Of a stretch of DNA of 64,000 nucleotides, positions 61,647 to 64,000 are shown piece after piece. The notes under the pieces are model-generated. The model worked only from the letters and a program-made list of their open reading frames with translations, did not search any database and was not told the origin of the DNA. Within the stretch, counting starts at the first letter, position 1. Every line of letters starts with the position of its first letter. The position numbers and the translations under genes are program-made. The stretch lies in NCBI GenBank assembly GCA_036397015.1, contig DASWJT010000098.1, positions 529-64,528 on the forward strand, written 5' to 3'. This stretch comes from Thermoanaerobaculia bacterium (GTDB taxonomy: Bacteria; Acidobacteriota; Thermoanaerobaculia; Multivoradales; JAGPDF01).

Positions 61647-61979
61647 GTGCGGAGAGGCTGGCGTCCGTTCACCGAGGTCGAGGGATTCGAGTGGGACGAA
61701 CACAACGCGGCGAAGATTCGTCAACGCCACGGCGTGCTGCCCTCCGAGTGCGAGGAGGTCCTCACGGGCAGCCCGCGCGTTGTGCCCGATCGGGACCACT
61801 CGGCCGACGAGGCGAGGCACGTCGCCTTCGGTGCAACCACCACGGGGCGCCGCCTGGCGATCGTCTTCACCATCCGCGGCAGACGCCTCCGGGTGATCAC
61901 GGCTCGTGACCAGAGCCGCAAGGAGCGAAGGGAGCTCGAGCATGCCAAAGAAGCTCAAGAAGATTCCCCGCTTTCGTGA
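61647..61979 (+). CDS. brnT: BrnT-family (DUF497) type II toxin (110 aa)
   Basis: The sequence FEWDEHNAAKIRQRHGV...EVL...AFGATTTGRRLAIVFTIRGRRLRVITARDQSRKER matches the BrnT ribonuclease toxin pattern. Confidence 0.85.
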   Translation: MRRGWRPFTEVEGFEWDEHNAAKIRQRHGVLPSECEEVLTGSPRVVPDRDHSADEARHVAFGATTTGRRLAIVFTIRGRRLRVITARDQSRKERRELEHAKEAQEDSPLS

Positions 61980-62337
61980 CGAGGAGCAGGAGCGCGACTT
62001 TTGGTCGACACACGACCTGAGCGACTACTACGACCTCTCGCAGGCGCAGCGGGTGGCGTTTCCGAAGCTCGAGCGGTCGACCGAGACGATCTCCCTGCGC
62101 CTCCCGGCGGGCCTGCTCGACGATCTCAAGGTCCTCGCCAACCGGATGGACGTTCCCTACCAGTCGCTGCTCAAGATTTTTCTCGCCGAGCGCGTCGACC
62201 GCGAGCTCCGCCGCGGCCGCTCGCCCGACGAGCTGGCGTCGATGGTGCGCGAGCCCGAGCCGCCGTACGGTGGCGCTCCGGTCGGGACCCACCGGCCGAA
62301 GCGCTCGCCGCGCCGCAAGCCGTCCCCACGGCGCTGA
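61942..62337 (+). CDS. brnA: BrnA-family antitoxin (CopG/RHH-like, 131 aa)
   Basis: The pattern is PRFRDEEQERDFWSTHDLSDYYD...ISLRLPAGLLDDLKVLANRMDVPYQSLLKIFLAERV. It overlaps the brnT 3' end by 38 nt. A Pro/Arg-rich C-terminal tail is present. Confidence 0.85.
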   Translation: MPKKLKKIPRFRDEEQERDFWSTHDLSDYYDLSQAQRVAFPKLERSTETISLRLPAGLLDDLKVLANRMDVPYQSLLKIFLAERVDRELRRGRSPDELASMVREPEPPYGGAPVGTHRPKRSPRRKPSPRR

Positions 62338-62352
62338 GCCGACCGGCCGCGC

Positions 62353-64000
62353 TCAGCGCAGCTCGCCGAGCCAGAGCTCCTCGCGCCCCGGTTCGAAGCG
62401 GTTCCAGACCAGCTCGCCGTTCGGCCGCACGCTCCAGTTGAACGAGAGCGAGACATAGCCCTCGAGCTCGGCGAGTCGCTCCTCCCGTCCGGTCGTCAGC
62501 TCCCGGCGCCAGGCCACGGGGCCCGGGAAGCGCAGCAGGTAGATCCACGCGCCGTCGGTCGAGAGCTGCGGATACAGACCGTCGGTGACCCCCGCGCAAG
62601 AGAGCTCGACCGCGTCGCAGATGTGGATGCGATCGTCCGCGCTCGCGCCCAGCAGTCGGCGGCCGTCGGCGAACCACTCCAAAGCCCAGAGCGCGACCGG
62701 CAGCGTTCGCTCGGCTCCCGTCGCCCGGGAGCGGATGCGGGTCTCGACGAAGCGGCCGGCGTCGCGCACCAGGTAGGCGATCTCCCGATCGCCGGGCGAG
62801 AGAGCCGCGAACTGGTGCGTCGGCCAGGTCCACTCCGGCAAGACGACCTCGTCCACGCCGGTCGCGAGCTCGATCCGGCGCAAGTCCCACTCCGGGTCCT
62901 CCCGGTAGTAGTAGAGCGCCCGATCGTCGCTCGACCAGCGCGGATGGGTGTTGAGCTCGCCGTCGCCGCGCGTGATCTGCTCGACCCTGCCCGAGTCGAG
63001 CTCGAGAACGAAAAGATGATGCGCGCGCGGAACCCGCGCGAAGAAGGCCACGCGATCCCCGGCGTGCGACAGCCGCGGCAGGAAGATCGCGTCGCGGCGC
63101 TCGAGCGCCCGCTGCCCGCGCCCGCTCGCCGGATCGGTGCGCTCGATGCTGTGGAGGTTCCGCTGGTTCGTGTAGACGAGCCGGCGGCCGTCGCGCGCGA
63201 CGCGGGGATGGGAATCCTCGCCCGCGCCGCGCGTGATCGGCTGCGCCGCGCCGCCGGACGCGGAGACCCGCCAGAGCGTGCGCGGCCCGTCGTGGTCGGC
63301 GGCGAAGACGATGCCGCGTCCGTCCGGCGTCCAGTCGAGGCCGCCGCCGAAGAAGCCCAGGTCGGTCAGGCGTACGGGCGTGCCGCCGCCCGCGGGAATG
63401 CGCCAGAGGTCGCCCAGAGGCCGGCGCGGATGCGGCCAGAAGTAGGCGATCGTCTCGCCGTCGGGCGAGAACGCCGCCTCGGCGAGGTACCCGAAGTTGA
63501 TGGGTTCGACGCCGGCGATCGGCTGAGCCTCCCGGCCGTCGCCGCCCGCCGTCCACAGCCGCCGCTCGGAGACGAAGACGAGCCGCCGGCCGTCGGCCGA
63601 GAGCCGCGGCTTCGTGCCGTGCTCGATCAGCCGTCGCGGCGTGCCGCCGAGGGGAGGGATCTCCCAGATCCCCCCACCCTCCAGGGCGAAGAGAATGCGG
63701 TCGCCGGCCGGCGACCAGTCGGCGGTCGTGACGGCCTCCTGGCCGCGGGTCAGCTGCAGAACATCGCCGCCGGCGAGGCTGCGGATCCAGAGCTGAGGGA
63801 CGCCGGCGCCGTCCTCGCGCACGAACGCCAGCGAGTTGCCGTCGGGAGCGAACGTCGCCCGGCGCTCGGCGGCGGAGGTCTGCGAGACGAGGCGGAACTC
63901 GTAGTTCGGTTCGCTCTGCGGCCGCGTGGCCACGAAAACGCCGACTGCGAGCGCCGTGGCGGCGAGGAGCGCCGCGAGGGCGAGCCGGAGCGCCGGTCGC
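62353..64000 (-). CDS. membrane-anchored TolB-like (PD40/WD40-like) tandem beta-propeller protein, 5' end outside the window
   Basis: PD40-type blades repeat many times (FAPDGNSLAF, DWSPAGDRILF, LSADGRRLVF, FSPDGETIAY, DWTPDGRGIVF, VARDGRRLVY, SHAGDRVAF, WSSDDRALYY, LSPGDREIAY, STDGAWIY). Upstream of the GTG at 63933 the frame stays open to nt 64000 and encodes a TM helix (LRLALAALLAATALAVGVFVA). Confidence 0.8.
   Translation of the reverse strand, partial: RPALRLALAALLAATALAVGVFVATRPQSEPNYEFRLVSQTSAAERRATFAPDGNSLAFVREDGAGVPQLWIRSLAGGDVLQLTRGQEAVTTADWSPAGDRILFALEGGGIWEIPPLGGTPRRLIEHGTKPRLSADGRRLVFVSERRLWTAGGDGREAQPIAGVEPINFGYLAEAAFSPDGETIAYFWPHPRRPLGDLWRIPAGGGTPVRLTDLGFFGGGLDWTPDGRGIVFAADHDGPRTLWRVSASGGAAQPITRGAGEDSHPRVARDGRRLVYTNQRNLHSIERTDPASGRGQRALERRDAIFLPRLSHAGDRVAFFARVPRAHHLFVLELDSGRVEQITRGDGELNTHPRWSSDDRALYYYREDPEWDLRRIELATGVDEVVLPEWTWPTHQFAALSPGDREIAYLVRDAGRFVETRIRSRATGAERTLPVALWALEWFADGRRLLGASADDRIHICDAVELSCAGVTDGLYPQLSTDGAWIYLLRFPGPVAWRRELTTGREERLAELEGYVSLSFNWSVRPNGELVWNRFEPGREELWLGELR

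Overview
Very GC-rich (roughly 70% by eye) chromosomal segment from a diderm bacterium, shown by complete Lpt, Tol-Pal and OmpW-type genes. The style resembles Acidobacteriota-like genomes, but taxonomy cannot be assigned from sequence alone. I support about 66 protein genes and 3 tRNAs, and found no rRNA, CRISPR array, transposase or integrase.

Layout:
- 0.4-18.6 kb is one unbroken plus-strand block: carD, TPR, priA, accA, recJ, a fused lptC/lptA-like gene, lptB-rpoN-hpf-hprK-rapZ-EIIA(Man)-ptsH-ptsI, cupin, lipoprotein, miaB.
- At 18.7 kb gene orientation flips at an AT-rich island carrying a 28-bp sequence that fits chromosomal dif (XerC/D) sites.
- Next comes a minus-strand parB-parA pair, bounded on its far side by a second AT-rich, partially dif-like repeat.
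- 20.5-44.5 kb is housekeeping, mostly on the minus strand: BFN nuclease, queD, fused lptF-lptG, polX, metK, etfBA, tolQRA-tolB-pal-cpoB, rpsT, lptE-leuS-transglutaminase-nusB-ribH, SDR, tRNA-Pro, merR, der, tRNA-Leu.
- 44.8-64 kb is a looser stress/envelope neighbourhood: two tandem-USP proteins, a DAACS symporter, trmO, a desaturase, hemolysin-III, two paralogous Lys/Ala-rich tail-anchored proteins, an MA-type peptidase, an unusually long guaA, a TPCP-motif P1B ATPase, OmpW, a hydrolase, NmrA, a TPM protein, a brnT/brnA toxin-antitoxin pair, and a truncated TolB-like propeller protein.

Most of the window is ordinary core genome. The most interesting signals are the dif-like site and the dif/pseudo-dif-flanked parAB module at a putative terminus, the covalently fused Lpt components, the permease-less regulatory PTS, and the KA-rich tail-anchored paralogs. 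All functional calls come from motif and family recognition by eye. No searches were run.
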